A DNA stretch of 64,000 nt from Alphaproteobacteria bacterium (GTDB taxonomy: Bacteria > Pseudomonadota > Alphaproteobacteria > GCA-2731375): the NCBI GenBank assembly GCA_965232515.1, contig CBDDPY010000002.1:2976001-3040000 (forward strand), written 5' to 3'. Numbering within the stretch: position 1 is the stretch's first letter; each line of letters opens with the position of its first letter. Below, piece after piece: positions 40,459 to 50,264 of the stretch. Below the pieces are notes generated by a model, which saw only the letters and a list, made by a program, of their open reading frames with translations, was not told where the DNA came from and did not search any database. Position numbers and translations under genes: made by a program.

Positions 40459-41538
40459 CTACAGCTTCAGGCCGTATTGCGCCCGGCCGTCGAGCGCATG
40501 CCGGACCACCTTTTTCATGAGCGTCGGCAAAGCCTGGCTGCCGAGATCGTCGACCGGGCACCAGACGCCGGCGGCGTCCGATTCGATGCCCTCGACCGCC
40601 AGCACGTCGAGCTCGAGCTGGAAGTGGGTGAAGCCGTGCGCGACGTTGCCGGCGAGCGGCCGCCAGTCGGCGGCGAGCGGCGCGTGCGCCAGCGCCTCTT
40701 CGGCCGGCCAGACGGTCTCGCGCCACGGCGTCGACGGCACCTCCATCATGCCGCCGAGCAGGCCGTCCTCCGGCCGCCGGCGCAGCAGCACGGCGCCGTC
40801 GCGGCGCACGGCCCAGAAGGCGACGCCGCGGCGCAGCGGCCGGGCCTTCTTCGGCGACTTCGCCGGCAGTTCGGCGGCGATGCCGGCAGCGTGGGCCGCA
40901 CAGGCCGCCTGCCAGGGACAACGGCCGCAGAGCGGCTGCCGCGGCACGCAGATCGTCGCGCCGAGGTCCATGACGGCCTGGGCGTAGTCGCCGGGCCGTT
41001 CGGCGGGCGTCAGCGCCGCCGCGAGCGCCCTGAGCTCGGGCTTGGCGGCCGGCAGCGGCGTTTCCACCGCATGCAGCCGCGCCATCACCCGCTCGAAATT
41101 GCCGTCGACCGGTGTCGCCGGCCGATTGAAGGCGATCGCGGCGATGGCGGCGGCCGTATAGGGCCCGACGCCCGGCAACGTCAGCAGTTCAGCCTCGCTG
41201 TCGGGGAAGACGCCGCCATATGTTTCGGCCACAACGCCAGCACATTTGTGCAGATTGCGAGCCCGGGCGTAGTAGCCCAGCCCCTGCCAGGCATGCAGCA
41301 CGTCGTCGAGCGGCGCCGCGGCCAGCGCCGTGACCGTGGGCCAGCGCGCCAGAAAAGACAGGAAATAGGGCCCCACCGTCGCCACCGTGGTCTGCTGCAG
41401 CATGATCTCGGACAGCCAGACGTGGTACGGGTCGGGCCGCTCGCCCGGCCCGGCCCGCCATGGCAGCACGCGCCGATGCCGGTCGTACCAGTCGAGCAGC
41501 AGCGCCGGCAGATTGCTTTCGCGAACCGAAACGGCCAT
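40459..41538 (-). CDS. mutY: A/G-specific adenine glycosylase
   Basis: WLSEIMLQQT, GLGYYARARN, LPGVGPYTA, VDGN, C.PRQPLC..CP...C. Confidence 0.97.
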   Translation of the reverse strand: MAVSVRESNLPALLLDWYDRHRRVLPWRAGPGERPDPYHVWLSEIMLQQTTVATVGPYFLSFLARWPTVTALAAAPLDDVLHAWQGLGYYARARNLHKCAGVVAETYGGVFPDSEAELLTLPGVGPYTAAAIAAIAFNRPATPVDGNFERVMARLHAVETPLPAAKPELRALAAALTPAERPGDYAQAVMDLGATICVPRQPLCGRCPWQAACAAHAAGIAAELPAKSPKKARPLRRGVAFWAVRRDGAVLLRRRPEDGLLGGMMEVPSTPWRETVWPAEEALAHAPLAADWRPLAGNVAHGFTHFQLELDVLAVEGIESDAAGVWCPVDDLGSQALPTLMKKVVRHALDGRAQYGLKL

Positions 41539-41617
41539 ATCACCGTTCACTTGGTTGTTATGTGCGGCATGGTCGTTCCCTGATGACGCAATCGCGACGC
41601 TGGCGCAAGATGGCGGC

Positions 41618-42154
41618 ATGAGCAAGCGCAAGAGCTGGGGCGGCGCCTACGGCATCGCGCGGGCGCTGCCGAAGATCACGCGCGCCGCCTTGCGACGCCA
41701 GGGCTTCGCCCAAATGGAGGTGGTGACCCGCTGGCCGGCCATCGTCGGCGATTATCTGGCCGCCCGCAGCGCGCCGGAACGGCTGGTGTTCCCGCGGGGC
41801 GCCACCGGCAACGGCGTCCTGCACGTCCGCATCCAGCACGCCTCGGCGCCGGAGTTCCAGCACCTGAGTCCGCTGATCATCGAGCGCGTGAACGGCTATT
41901 ACGGCTTCAACGCCGTCGGCCGGCTTCGCCTGGTGCACGGGCCCCTGCCGAAGCCCCGCACGGACCGCCGCCCTCGCCGGCGTCAATTGACGGCCGACGA
42001 GCGGCACGACCTCGCCGGCGTGCTGGCAGGCACCGACGATCCGCGCCTGCGGCGCGCGTTGACCCGCATGGGCGAAAGCCTGCTCGGCCGCGAATCGGCG
42101 GCCGAAACCGATTCGGCCGATCGCGAGCAACGTAATGGCAAGTTTTCTGCCTGA
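41618..42154 (+). CDS. DUF721/DciA-family protein
   Basis: RWPAIVG, PERL.FPR, LIIERVN.YYG; mutY-dsbA-smc synteny. Confidence 0.85.
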   Translation: MSKRKSWGGAYGIARALPKITRAALRRQGFAQMEVVTRWPAIVGDYLAARSAPERLVFPRGATGNGVLHVRIQHASAPEFQHLSPLIIERVNGYYGFNAVGRLRLVHGPLPKPRTDRRPRRRQLTADERHDLAGVLAGTDDPRLRRALTRMGESLLGRESAAETDSADREQRNGKFSA

Positions 42155-42299
42155 TTCTCGCCATAGCGATGTGGCGCAATAACCCACCGGATCGGCGAAT
42201 CCATGAACCCGTTCCATCCACCCGGCGTGGCGAAAGTTCGCTTGTGAGGACCCATCGCCCCGCCTATAGTTGCCCCACATTTTGTGGGTTGGAGGCAAA

Positions 42300-42938
42300 A
42301 TGACCCAACCTGATGTAAATCGACGCTTGCAAATTGCCCGGCGCACCTTCATGACTGGCGCTGCGGCGTCGGCGCTGACGCTCTCGGCCGGGACCGCCTG
42401 GGCGACGACCGAAAACGGTTACGCCGAGGGCGATATCGCGATCGGCAGCGAGGATGCGCCCGTCACCGTGATCGAATATGCCTCCATGACCTGTCCGCAT
42501 TGCGCCAGCTTTCACAACAACACGCTGAAGGGTCTCGTCGAGAAATATGTCGACACCGGTCAGGTGCGCATGGTCTTCCGCGAATTCCCCTTCGATCAGC
42601 TCGGCCTGGCCGCGGCCATGCTGGCGCGTTGCGCCGGCCCGGACCGCGCCGTCGGCATGATCGACGTGCTGTTCCGCCAGCAGAGCAGTTGGTCCCGCTC
42701 GAACGATCCGATCGCCGAGCTGCGCAAGATCGGCCGCCTCGGCGGCATCTCGAAATCCCGCTTCGACGCCTGTCTCGGCGACCAGAAGCTGGCCGAAAGC
42801 ATCGTCGCCACGCGCATGGAGGGCCAGGAGAAGTACGACGTCAATTCGACGCCGAGCTTCATCATCAACGGCGACAAGTATTCCGGCGCCATGTCGCTGG
42901 CCGAATTCGACGAAGTCCTGAAAAAGTATCTGAACTGA
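42300..42938 (+). CDS. DsbA-family thiol:disulfide oxidoreductase
   Basis: EYASMTCPHCA, REFP, STPSF; Tat-like RRTFM leader. Confidence 0.93.
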   Translation: MTQPDVNRRLQIARRTFMTGAAASALTLSAGTAWATTENGYAEGDIAIGSEDAPVTVIEYASMTCPHCASFHNNTLKGLVEKYVDTGQVRMVFREFPFDQLGLAAAMLARCAGPDRAVGMIDVLFRQQSSWSRSNDPIAELRKIGRLGGISKSRFDACLGDQKLAESIVATRMEGQEKYDVNSTPSFIINGDKYSGAMSLAEFDEVLKKYLN

Positions 42939-42977
42939 GGATGACGGTCGGCTTCGAATCGAACACCTCCCCCCACC

Positions 42978-43050
42978 GTCATGCCTGGGCCCAGACCCGG
43001 GCATCCACGGCCGCCGTCGCCTGGATTGCCGGGTCAAGCCCGGCAATGAC
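42978..43050. repeat. Alphaproteobacterial REP-like palindromic pair
   Basis: GTCATGCCTGGGCCCAGACCCGGGCATCC ... GGATTGCCGGGTCAAGCCCGGCAATGAC. Confidence 0.8.
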
Positions 43051-43108
43051 CGTTCGCGGCCGGTCGCCGCGCGCCACAACAGCCCGCTAGTCGTCCGGAG
43101 CGCCCGCG

Positions 43109-46100
43109 TTGCAGTTCGTCAAGCTTCACATGACCGGCTTCAAGTCGTTCGTCGAGCATACCGAGGTCGTCATCGAGCCGGGCATCACCGGCGTGGTCGG
43201 CCCGAACGGCTGCGGCAAGTCGAACCTGGTCGAGGCCCTGCGCTGGGTCATGGGCGAGGCGTCCGCCAAGCAGATGCGCGGCGGCGCCATGGACGACGTC
43301 ATCTTCAACGGCACCGCCGGCCGGCCGCCGCGCAATCTGGCGGAAGTCGCGCTCTCGATCGATAACGTCGACCGCAATGCGCCGGCCCAGTTCAACGATT
43401 CGGACGAACTGCTGGTCAGCCGCCGCATCGAGCGCGAGAGCGGCTCGAACTACCGCGTCAACGGCCGCGAGGTTCGGGCCCGCGACGTGCAGCTCCTGTT
43501 CGCCGATGCCGCCTCGGGCGCGCATTCGCCCTCGATGGTCAGCCAGGGCCGCATCGGCTCGATCATCAACGCCAAGCCGACCAACCGTCGCGCGCTGCTG
43601 GAAGAGGCGGCCGGCATCACCGGCCTGCATTCGCGCCGGCACGAGGCCGAGCTGCGGCTGCGCGGCGCCGAGACCAATCTCGAGCGCCTGGAAGATGTGA
43701 TGGCGGCGCTCGAGGGCCAGCTTCAGGCCATGAAGCGCCAGGCCCGGCAGGCCAACCGCTATCGCCGCGTCGGCGAGCAGATCCGTCGATTCGAGGCGAT
43801 TCTGCTGCATCTGAATCACCTGGCCGCGTCGGAAGCCCTGGCCGCGGCGGACGCCGGCCTGCGCGAGGGCGAGGCGCAGGTCGCCAATCTGACCTCCGGC
43901 GCCGCCCAGGCCGCGACCCGGCACGCCGAGGCGGCCGAAGGCCTGCCGGCCCTGCGCCAGCGCGAGGCCGAGGCGGCCGCCAAACTGCATCGGTTGGCCG
44001 TGGCCCGCGACGGCCTCGACGCCGAGGAGCGTCAGGCCACCGACCGCAAGGCGCAGCTCGAAGCGCGGCTGACCCAGATCGACGCCGACGACGGCCGCGA
44101 GACGGCGCTGCAAAGCGACGCCGATACCGCGATTGCCGCGTTGGAGCAGGAACGCGGCCAGCTCGACGCCGCGCGCGAGGGCGAGCAGGCGGCGCAGGCG
44201 GAGGCCACGGCCCGGGTCGAAGCGGCGAGTACCGAGGTCTCCGGCCGCGACGCCGAGCTCGAGAATCTGACCGATGAAATTGCGTCCGCCGTGGCGCAGC
44301 GCGAAAGTCTGACCTCGCAGATCCAGGACGGTGCGCGCCGCATCGAGCGTCTGACCGAGCGCCGGGCCCAGGATCAGAGCGCGCAGGACCGGCTGCAAGC
44401 CGAGTTGCAGGCCGACGAGGCGCTGGACGCGACGCGCAGCGCGCTCAACGCCGCCGAGGCCAAGGCGAACGAGGCCGGCGCCGTGCTTGAGCAGGCGGAT
44501 GCCGCCCGCACCGCCGTCGACGACGAGCTGGCCACGGCCCGCGACATGCTGCAGGCGGCCGAAAGCGTAACCGCCAAGCTCTTGGCCGAGGAAGAGGCGC
44601 TGGCCGACCTGCTGGCGGTGAAGGAGGCCGATCTCTGGCCACCGCTGATCGACGCCGTCACGGTCGAACCGGGTTACGAGACCGCGCTGGGCGCGGCGCT
44701 CGGCGACGATCTCGACGTGCCGGCCGACGAGGCCGCGCCCGTGCACTGGAAGGCGCTGCCCGCCATCGACGGCGCCCCGGCATTGCCCGACGGCGCCACG
44801 CCGCTCGGCCGCTTCGTACAGGCGCCGCCGGCGCTCGCCCGCCGTCTCGATCAGATCGGCGTGGTCGAGCCGCTCGACGGCCCGCGCCTCAGCACCCGGC
44901 TGCGGCAGGGTCAGCGGCTGGTCACCCGCGACGGCGAGCTCTGGCGCTGGGACGGCTATACCGTCACCGCCGGCGCCGAAGCCAAGGCCGCCGTGCGGCT
45001 GCGGCAGCACAACCGCCTGACCGAACTGCGCGACCAGCGCGAACCGGCCGAGGGCCGGCTGCGGCAGGCGCAGGACGGCTTCGATGCCGCGCGCGGCAGG
45101 GCCGAGCAGGCCGCGGCCCGCCAGGCCGAAGCGCGCGAGCAGGCGCGCGCCGCCGAGCGCGAGCGCAATGCCGCCCGCGAGCAGCACAACGCCGCCGAAC
45201 GCGCCGCCACCGAACGCTCGTCGCGGCTCGCCGCATTGCGTCAGACCATCGAGCAGGTGACGGCGGATCTGGACGAGGCCCGCGCCGCCCACGACCAGGC
45301 CGTCGCCAGTCTCGACGGCCTGCCGCCGCTGGATCCGGCGCGCGAGCGACAGGCGACGCTCAGGCGCGAGCTCGACGATCTCCGTGGCCGCTTGGCCGAG
45401 GCGCGGAACGCCGAATCGCAGCTTCGTCGCGAGGCCGCCGCGCGGGTCGAGCGAATCGCCGCCATCGCGCGCGAGGCCGAGGCCTGGCGCAGCCGGACCG
45501 AAGCCGCCGCGAATCAGCGCCGCGAGCTGGCCGAGCGCCGCCGCGAAGCCGAGGAAGAGCTCGCCGAGGTCGCGAAGAAGCCGGCCGAGATCGCCGCGCG
45601 GCGCAATGAGCTCTTGGATCACATCGGCGCCGCAGAGTCCGAGCGCAACGAAGCGGGCGACGCGCTGGCCAGCGCCGAGACCCGGGTCGCCGAGCTGGAA
45701 AAGGCCTGGCGCGGGGCCGAGCAGGCGCTGGCGTCGGCCCGCGAGGACCGGGTGCGTCAGGAAGCCGCCGTGCAGCAGGCCAAGGACCGTTGCGCCGAGA
45801 TCGCGCGGCGCGTCGCCGAGACGCTGGACTGTGCGCCGGAGCAGGCGCTCGCGGCCGGCGGCGTCGAGGCCGACGAGGAACTGCCGCCGCTGGAGGACGT
45901 CGAGACCAAGCTCGGCCGCCTGAAGCGCGAGCGCGACAATATGGGCCCGGTCAACCTGCGCGCCGAGCAGGAAGCGGCCGAGCTCGAGGAACAGCTCGAG
46001 ACCATGCGCACCGAACGCGCCGACCTCGAGGCCGCCATCGCCCGCTTGCGGCAGGGCATCTCGAGCCTCAACCGCGAGGGCCGCGAACGTCTGCTTGCAG

Positions 46101-46567
46101 CCTTCGGCAAGGTCGACGCGCATTTCCAGGATCTGTTCGTGCGCCTGTTCGGCGGCGGCAAGGCGCACCTGGCGCTGGTCGAATCGGACGATCCGCTGGA
46201 GGCGGGCCTGGAAATCATGGCCAGCCCGCCCGGCAAGCGCCTGCAGGTGATGTCGCTGCTGTCCGGCGGCGAGCAGGCGCTGACCGCGCTGGCGCTGCTG
46301 TTCGCCGTGTTCCTGACCAACCCGGCGCCGATCTGCGTGCTCGACGAGGTCGACGCGCCGCTCGACGACGCCAATGTCGAGCGCTTCTGCAACCTGCTGA
46401 CCGAAATCAGCCGCGTCACCGGCACGCGTTTCCTGGTCATCACGCACCACGCCTTCACGATGGCGCGCATGGACCGCCTGTTCGGCGTCACCATGGCCGA
46501 GCGCGGCGTGTCGCAGCTCGTTTCCGTCGACCTGGAGCGGGCTGAAAGGATGCGCGCGACAGGTTGA
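43109..46567 (+). CDS. smc: Chromosome segregation protein SMC
   Basis: GFKSF, GPNGCGKSN Walker A, long coiled coils, LSGGE, LDEVDAPLD; TTG start. Confidence 0.97.
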   Translation: MQFVKLHMTGFKSFVEHTEVVIEPGITGVVGPNGCGKSNLVEALRWVMGEASAKQMRGGAMDDVIFNGTAGRPPRNLAEVALSIDNVDRNAPAQFNDSDELLVSRRIERESGSNYRVNGREVRARDVQLLFADAASGAHSPSMVSQGRIGSIINAKPTNRRALLEEAAGITGLHSRRHEAELRLRGAETNLERLEDVMAALEGQLQAMKRQARQANRYRRVGEQIRRFEAILLHLNHLAASEALAAADAGLREGEAQVANLTSGAAQAATRHAEAAEGLPALRQREAEAAAKLHRLAVARDGLDAEERQATDRKAQLEARLTQIDADDGRETALQSDADTAIAALEQERGQLDAAREGEQAAQAEATARVEAASTEVSGRDAELENLTDEIASAVAQRESLTSQIQDGARRIERLTERRAQDQSAQDRLQAELQADEALDATRSALNAAEAKANEAGAVLEQADAARTAVDDELATARDMLQAAESVTAKLLAEEEALADLLAVKEADLWPPLIDAVTVEPGYETALGAALGDDLDVPADEAAPVHWKALPAIDGAPALPDGATPLGRFVQAPPALARRLDQIGVVEPLDGPRLSTRLRQGQRLVTRDGELWRWDGYTVTAGAEAKAAVRLRQHNRLTELRDQREPAEGRLRQAQDGFDAARGRAEQAAARQAEAREQARAAERERNAAREQHNAAERAATERSSRLAALRQTIEQVTADLDEARAAHDQAVASLDGLPPLDPARERQATLRRELDDLRGRLAEARNAESQLRREAAARVERIAAIAREAEAWRSRTEAAANQRRELAERRREAEEELAEVAKKPAEIAARRNELLDHIGAAESERNEAGDALASAETRVAELEKAWRGAEQALASAREDRVRQEAAVQQAKDRCAEIARRVAETLDCAPEQALAAGGVEADEELPPLEDVETKLGRLKRERDNMGPVNLRAEQEAAELEEQLETMRTERADLEAAIARLRQGISSLNREGRERLLAAFGKVDAHFQDLFVRLFGGGKAHLALVESDDPLEAGLEIMASPPGKRLQVMSLLSGGEQALTALALLFAVFLTNPAPICVLDEVDAPLDDANVERFCNLLTEISRVTGTRFLVITHHAFTMARMDRLFGVTMAERGVSQLVSVDLERAERMRATG

Positions 46568-46622
46568 CGCGGGTTCGGATTTTGCAAATCCGTTCAATCA
46601 CTTAAGGGCACCCGTTTGTGCC

Positions 46623-46651
46623 TTGACAGGGTCAGGCCCCTTTCCTATGTT
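46623..46651 (+). promoter_or_regulatory. Sigma70-type promoter of the Fo atp operon
   Basis: TTGACA-N17-TATGTT. Confidence 0.7.
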
Positions 46652-46715
46652 GCCCGCGCTTTCGGCATGGTGGTGGGTGGATGTCGATCCGCCCGGCGCC
46701 CCGCAGGCGACGGTG

Positions 46716-47066
46716 ATGTCCAACCCGAACAAACCTCCCTCGCTCGACGACCTGAGCGCCCGCATCAACAAGGCGCGGCATGAACAGGGCCTCGACGTAG
46801 AAGAGAAGCCGGAGGACGAACCGCCGACCAGCGGCGTGGGCCTGGCCTGGCGAGTTTCGATCGAACTTGTCACCGCCATCGTCGTCTGCACCGGGATTGG
46901 GTGGTCGCTGGACTACTGGCTGGAGACCACCCCCTGGATCATGTTGGTGATGTTCGTGCTCGGCGCCGCCGCCGGGATCAACAACGTCGTCAAGGTGGCT
47001 AACAAAATGGACGCCGAAGCCCAGCGGGAGGCGGCGGACCGCAAGAAGGCGAGGCAGGACAGGTAG
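46716..47066 (+). CDS. atpI: AtpZ/AtpI-family protein
   Basis: ELV..IVV..GIGW.LD.WL.T.PW; first gene of the Fo operon. Confidence 0.9.
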   Translation: MSNPNKPPSLDDLSARINKARHEQGLDVEEKPEDEPPTSGVGLAWRVSIELVTAIVVCTGIGWSLDYWLETTPWIMLVMFVLGAAAGINNVVKVANKMDAEAQREAADRKKARQDR

Positions 47067-47067
47067 G

Positions 47068-47802
47068 ATGGCGGCAGGCGACAGCCCAATGCTCCAATTC
47101 GAGGTCAAGCCGTTGGTCGAGCTGAAGCTCGGCGGGCTGGATGCCTCGTTGACCAATTCCGGCGCCTGGATGATCGCCGCGGTGATCGCCATTACGCTGT
47201 TTCTGACGCTGGGCGTGCGCAGCCGCTCGATGGTCCCCGGCCGCTGGCAATCCATGGCCGAGATGGCCTACGAGTTCATCGCCGACATGCTGAAGGAAAC
47301 GGTGGGCGCGCAGGGGCGCAAATACTTCCCCTTCGTGTTCTCGCTGTTCATGTTCATCCTGGTCTGCAACCTGTTCGGCATGCTGCCCTACAGCTTCACC
47401 GTGACCAGCCATATCGCGGTGACCGGCGCGCTGGCGCTGATGGTCTTCGTGATCGTGACCTTCGTGGCGCTGGCCACGCACGGCCTGCACTTCCTGACCT
47501 TCTTCGTGCCCAAGGGCGTGCCGCTGCCGATGCTGTTCCTGGTCGTGCCGATCGAGGTGCTGTCCTATTTCATGCGGCCGATCAGCCACTCGGTACGGCT
47601 GTTCGCGAACATGACCGCCGGCCACACCATGCTGAAGGTGTTCGGCGGCTTCGTCGTGCAGATGGGCGTGTTCGGCGTGCTGCCGTTCATCCTGATCGTG
47701 GCCCTGACCGGTCTCGAGATCGCCATCGCCGGCCTGCAGGCCTACGTCTTCACCATCCTGACCTGCCTTTACATCAACGATGCCGTCCACCTGGAACACT
47801 GA
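47068..47802 (+). CDS. atpB: ATP synthase Fo subunit a
   Basis: PGRWQ, SVRLFANM.AGH, LQAYVF. Confidence 0.97.
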   Translation: MAAGDSPMLQFEVKPLVELKLGGLDASLTNSGAWMIAAVIAITLFLTLGVRSRSMVPGRWQSMAEMAYEFIADMLKETVGAQGRKYFPFVFSLFMFILVCNLFGMLPYSFTVTSHIAVTGALALMVFVIVTFVALATHGLHFLTFFVPKGVPLPMLFLVVPIEVLSYFMRPISHSVRLFANMTAGHTMLKVFGGFVVQMGVFGVLPFILIVALTGLEIAIAGLQAYVFTILTCLYINDAVHLEH

Positions 47803-47864
47803 TCGGACGGCCTCGCCTTTTTCACCCCTCCTCCCCATATAACGTCAACTGAAGGAACAGAATC

Positions 47865-48092
47865 ATGGATCCAGCCGCCGCGAAACTGATCGGTGCCGGT
47901 CTTGCTGCCATCGCCATGGGCGGTGCGGGTATCGGTATTGGCCTTATCTTCGGCAACTACGTCGCCGGCGCCATGCGCAATCCGGCGGCCGCGGGCGCCG
48001 TGTTCGGCAGGGTGATTCTCGGCTTCGCGCTGACGGAAGCCATCGCGCTGTTCGCGCTGGTCGTCGCGCTGATCATCCTGTTCGTGTTCTAG
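47865..48092 (+). CDS. atpE: ATP synthase Fo subunit c
   Basis: GAGIGIG, RNP, LTEA. Confidence 0.97.
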   Translation: MDPAAAKLIGAGLAAIAMGGAGIGIGLIFGNYVAGAMRNPAAAGAVFGRVILGFALTEAIALFALVVALIILFVF

Positions 48093-48139
48093 GCAGGGGT
48101 CCGATCCTTCAGATCATGACCTGACCGGGGGCGCGTGCG

Positions 48140-48631
48140 ATGCCGCAATTCGACATAGCGAGTTTCCTGCCCCAGCTGATCTGGCTGGGCATCACCTTCG
48201 TGGTTCTCTACCTGCTCATGTGGCGGGTGGCGTTGCCGCGGATTACCGATGTGCTGGAAACCCGGTCGGAACGCATCGCCTCCGATCTCGACAAGGCGGC
48301 CGAGCTGAAAGCCCAGGCCGACAGCGTGCTCGCCGAGTACGAAGCGGCCTTGGCCGAGGCGCGAACGCGGGCCAAGGCGACGCTCGCCGAGGTGACGGCG
48401 GCGGCCGCCGCCGCGGCGGACGCCCGCAACGCCGAGGTCACCGAACGCCTGAGCAAAGAAGCCGAGGCGGCCGCCCAGCGGATCGCCGACGCCAAAACCC
48501 AGGCCATGGCCGAGGTCCGGGATGTCGCCGTCGAATTGGCGCAGGCCAGCGTCGCCAAGCTGATCGGCCGCGAGGTCGCCGCCGATCAGGTGGCGGGCGC
48601 CGTCGATACGGCGATGAAGGAGGCCGGCTGA
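48140..48631 (+). CDS. ATP synthase Fo subunit b'
   Basis: MPQFD...QLIWL, LPRI..VLE.R, coiled coil. Confidence 0.93.
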   Translation: MPQFDIASFLPQLIWLGITFVVLYLLMWRVALPRITDVLETRSERIASDLDKAAELKAQADSVLAEYEAALAEARTRAKATLAEVTAAAAAAADARNAEVTERLSKEAEAAAQRIADAKTQAMAEVRDVAVELAQASVAKLIGREVAADQVAGAVDTAMKEAG

Positions 48632-49116
48632 TGTTTACGGATCCCACCTTCTGGGTCGGCCTCGCCTTCGTCATCTTCGTGGCGATCATCTTCTACTACA
48701 AGGTGCCGGGCATGATCACCGGCGCGCTCGACCAACGGGCCGACAAGATCAGCGCCGAGCTCGACGAGGCCCGGCGGCTGCGCGAGGAAGCGCAGGCCTT
48801 GCTGGCCAATTACGAGCGCAAGCACCGCGACGCCATGAAAGAGGCGGACGAGATGGTCGCCCATGCGCAAAAGGAAGCCGAGCGCGAATCGGAAGCCGCG
48901 GCGGCGCGCCTGGAGCGCTCGATCGCAGCCCGCGAGCAGCAGGCGCTGGACAAAATCGCGCTGGCCGAGGCCCAGGCCGAAAAGGAAGTCCGCGACGCGG
49001 CCATAGATGTCGCCGTCGATGCGGCCCGCCAGGTCATCGCCGAACATGTCAGCGGCGACCAGGGCAGCGCGCTGATCGATAACTCGATCAAGGACCTCCG
49101 CCGCCACCTGAACTGA
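48631..49116 (+). CDS. atpF: ATP synthase Fo subunit b
   Basis: DPTFWV + TM, LD.RA..I..EL.EA..LREEA. Confidence 0.93.
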   Translation: MFTDPTFWVGLAFVIFVAIIFYYKVPGMITGALDQRADKISAELDEARRLREEAQALLANYERKHRDAMKEADEMVAHAQKEAERESEAAAARLERSIAAREQQALDKIALAEAQAEKEVRDAAIDVAVDAARQVIAEHVSGDQGSALIDNSIKDLRRHLN

Positions 49117-49191
49117 GCCGATGGAGCGTCGCGGCGAGCCCCGCTTTCACCGCCGGACGGGGTCAGGTCAGCCGGTTATTCGCCTTATCAG

Positions 49192-49207
49192 TTAGTTCGA
49201 ATTTAAC
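49192..49207. promoter_or_regulatory. Possible CtrA box
   Basis: TTAG-TTCGAAT-TTAAC (one mismatch). Confidence 0.45.
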
Positions 49208-49267
49208 CACTCTACCCAATGATGCGGTATGGCGCCGAGGGCGCGATCGCGTCAGGAGGAGTGGTTG

Positions 49268-50260
49268 ATGAGGCTTGCCAAACGCCTGGCCGCCGCCGGC
49301 CTCGCCATCTGCGCCATATCGGCCGGCACACCTGTCGACGCGCCGGCGCAAGATCTCCCGAGATGCCTGTTCGTATCCTCCTATCACCACGGCTACGCCT
49401 GGTCGGACGGGGTCGAAGCCGGCCTGCGCGCGGTGCTCGACGGTAAATGCGAAGTCCGCCAGTTCGACATGGACACCAAGCGCCGCAAAAGTGATGCGGA
49501 CAAGCAGGCCGCCGCCCGCGCGGCCAAATCGATCATCGAGGACTGGCGGCCCGACGTCGTGATCACAGCCGACGACAATGCCGCCCGATACCTGATCAAG
49601 CCGTTCTATCGCGACCACCGCATCCCCTTCGTGTTCTGCGGCGTGAACTGGACGGTCGACGAGTACGGCTTCCCCTATACGAACGTCACCGGCATGATCG
49701 AGGTCGCGCCGATCGTGCCGATGCTCAAACACGCGCTCGAGGTGTCGCCCGGCGCTGGGCGTGCGTTGTACCTCGGCGCCGACACCTTGACCGAGCAGAA
49801 GAACCTCAAGCGGTTCCAGGCGGCCGCGGCGCGTCTCGGCTTCGAACTCGATCACGTGCTGGCGCCAGCCATGCGCGATTGGCGCGCCGCGTATCGGGCG
49901 GCGCAGAACTACGACTTCATCATCATCGGCAGCCGCGCCGGCATTAACGACTGGGACAGCGAAGCCGCCAGGCAGGTGGTCCTGAACACGACACGCCGCT
50001 TCAGCATCACCAATCACGACTGGATGATGCCCTATACGATCCTGGGCGTGACCAAGGTGCCGCAGGAGCACGGCGAATGGGCGGCACGCACGGCGCTCGG
50101 CATTCTCGACGGCACGTCGCCCGGCGACATTCCCATCGTCAGCAATTCGCGGCGGGACCTCTGGCTCAATGCCGAGCTCCTGGCGGCGAGCGGCCTGACC
50201 ATCTCGGACCGCTTGGCTCGGCGGGCCAAGAGAATTGGGACGGCGCAGCCCCGCTCCTGA
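49268..50260 (+). CDS. Periplasmic ABC-type substrate-binding-like protein
   Basis: Signal peptide; SSYH.GYAWS, MDTKR, PDVVITADDNA, VFCGVN, EHGEWAA. Confidence 0.8.
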   Translation: MRLAKRLAAAGLAICAISAGTPVDAPAQDLPRCLFVSSYHHGYAWSDGVEAGLRAVLDGKCEVRQFDMDTKRRKSDADKQAAARAAKSIIEDWRPDVVITADDNAARYLIKPFYRDHRIPFVFCGVNWTVDEYGFPYTNVTGMIEVAPIVPMLKHALEVSPGAGRALYLGADTLTEQKNLKRFQAAAARLGFELDHVLAPAMRDWRAAYRAAQNYDFIIIGSRAGINDWDSEAARQVVLNTTRRFSITNHDWMMPYTILGVTKVPQEHGEWAARTALGILDGTSPGDIPIVSNSRRDLWLNAELLAASGLTISDRLARRAKRIGTAQPRS

Positions 50261-50264
50261 TCCG

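Noticed and set aside
43034-46597. 1187-aa antisense ORF over smc, and similar long shadow ORFs (19329-21044, 26512-28122, 36319-38331, 50886-52481, 57696-59111)
   Set aside because: They mirror well-supported genes, carry no motifs, and are expected from GC-rich codon bias.
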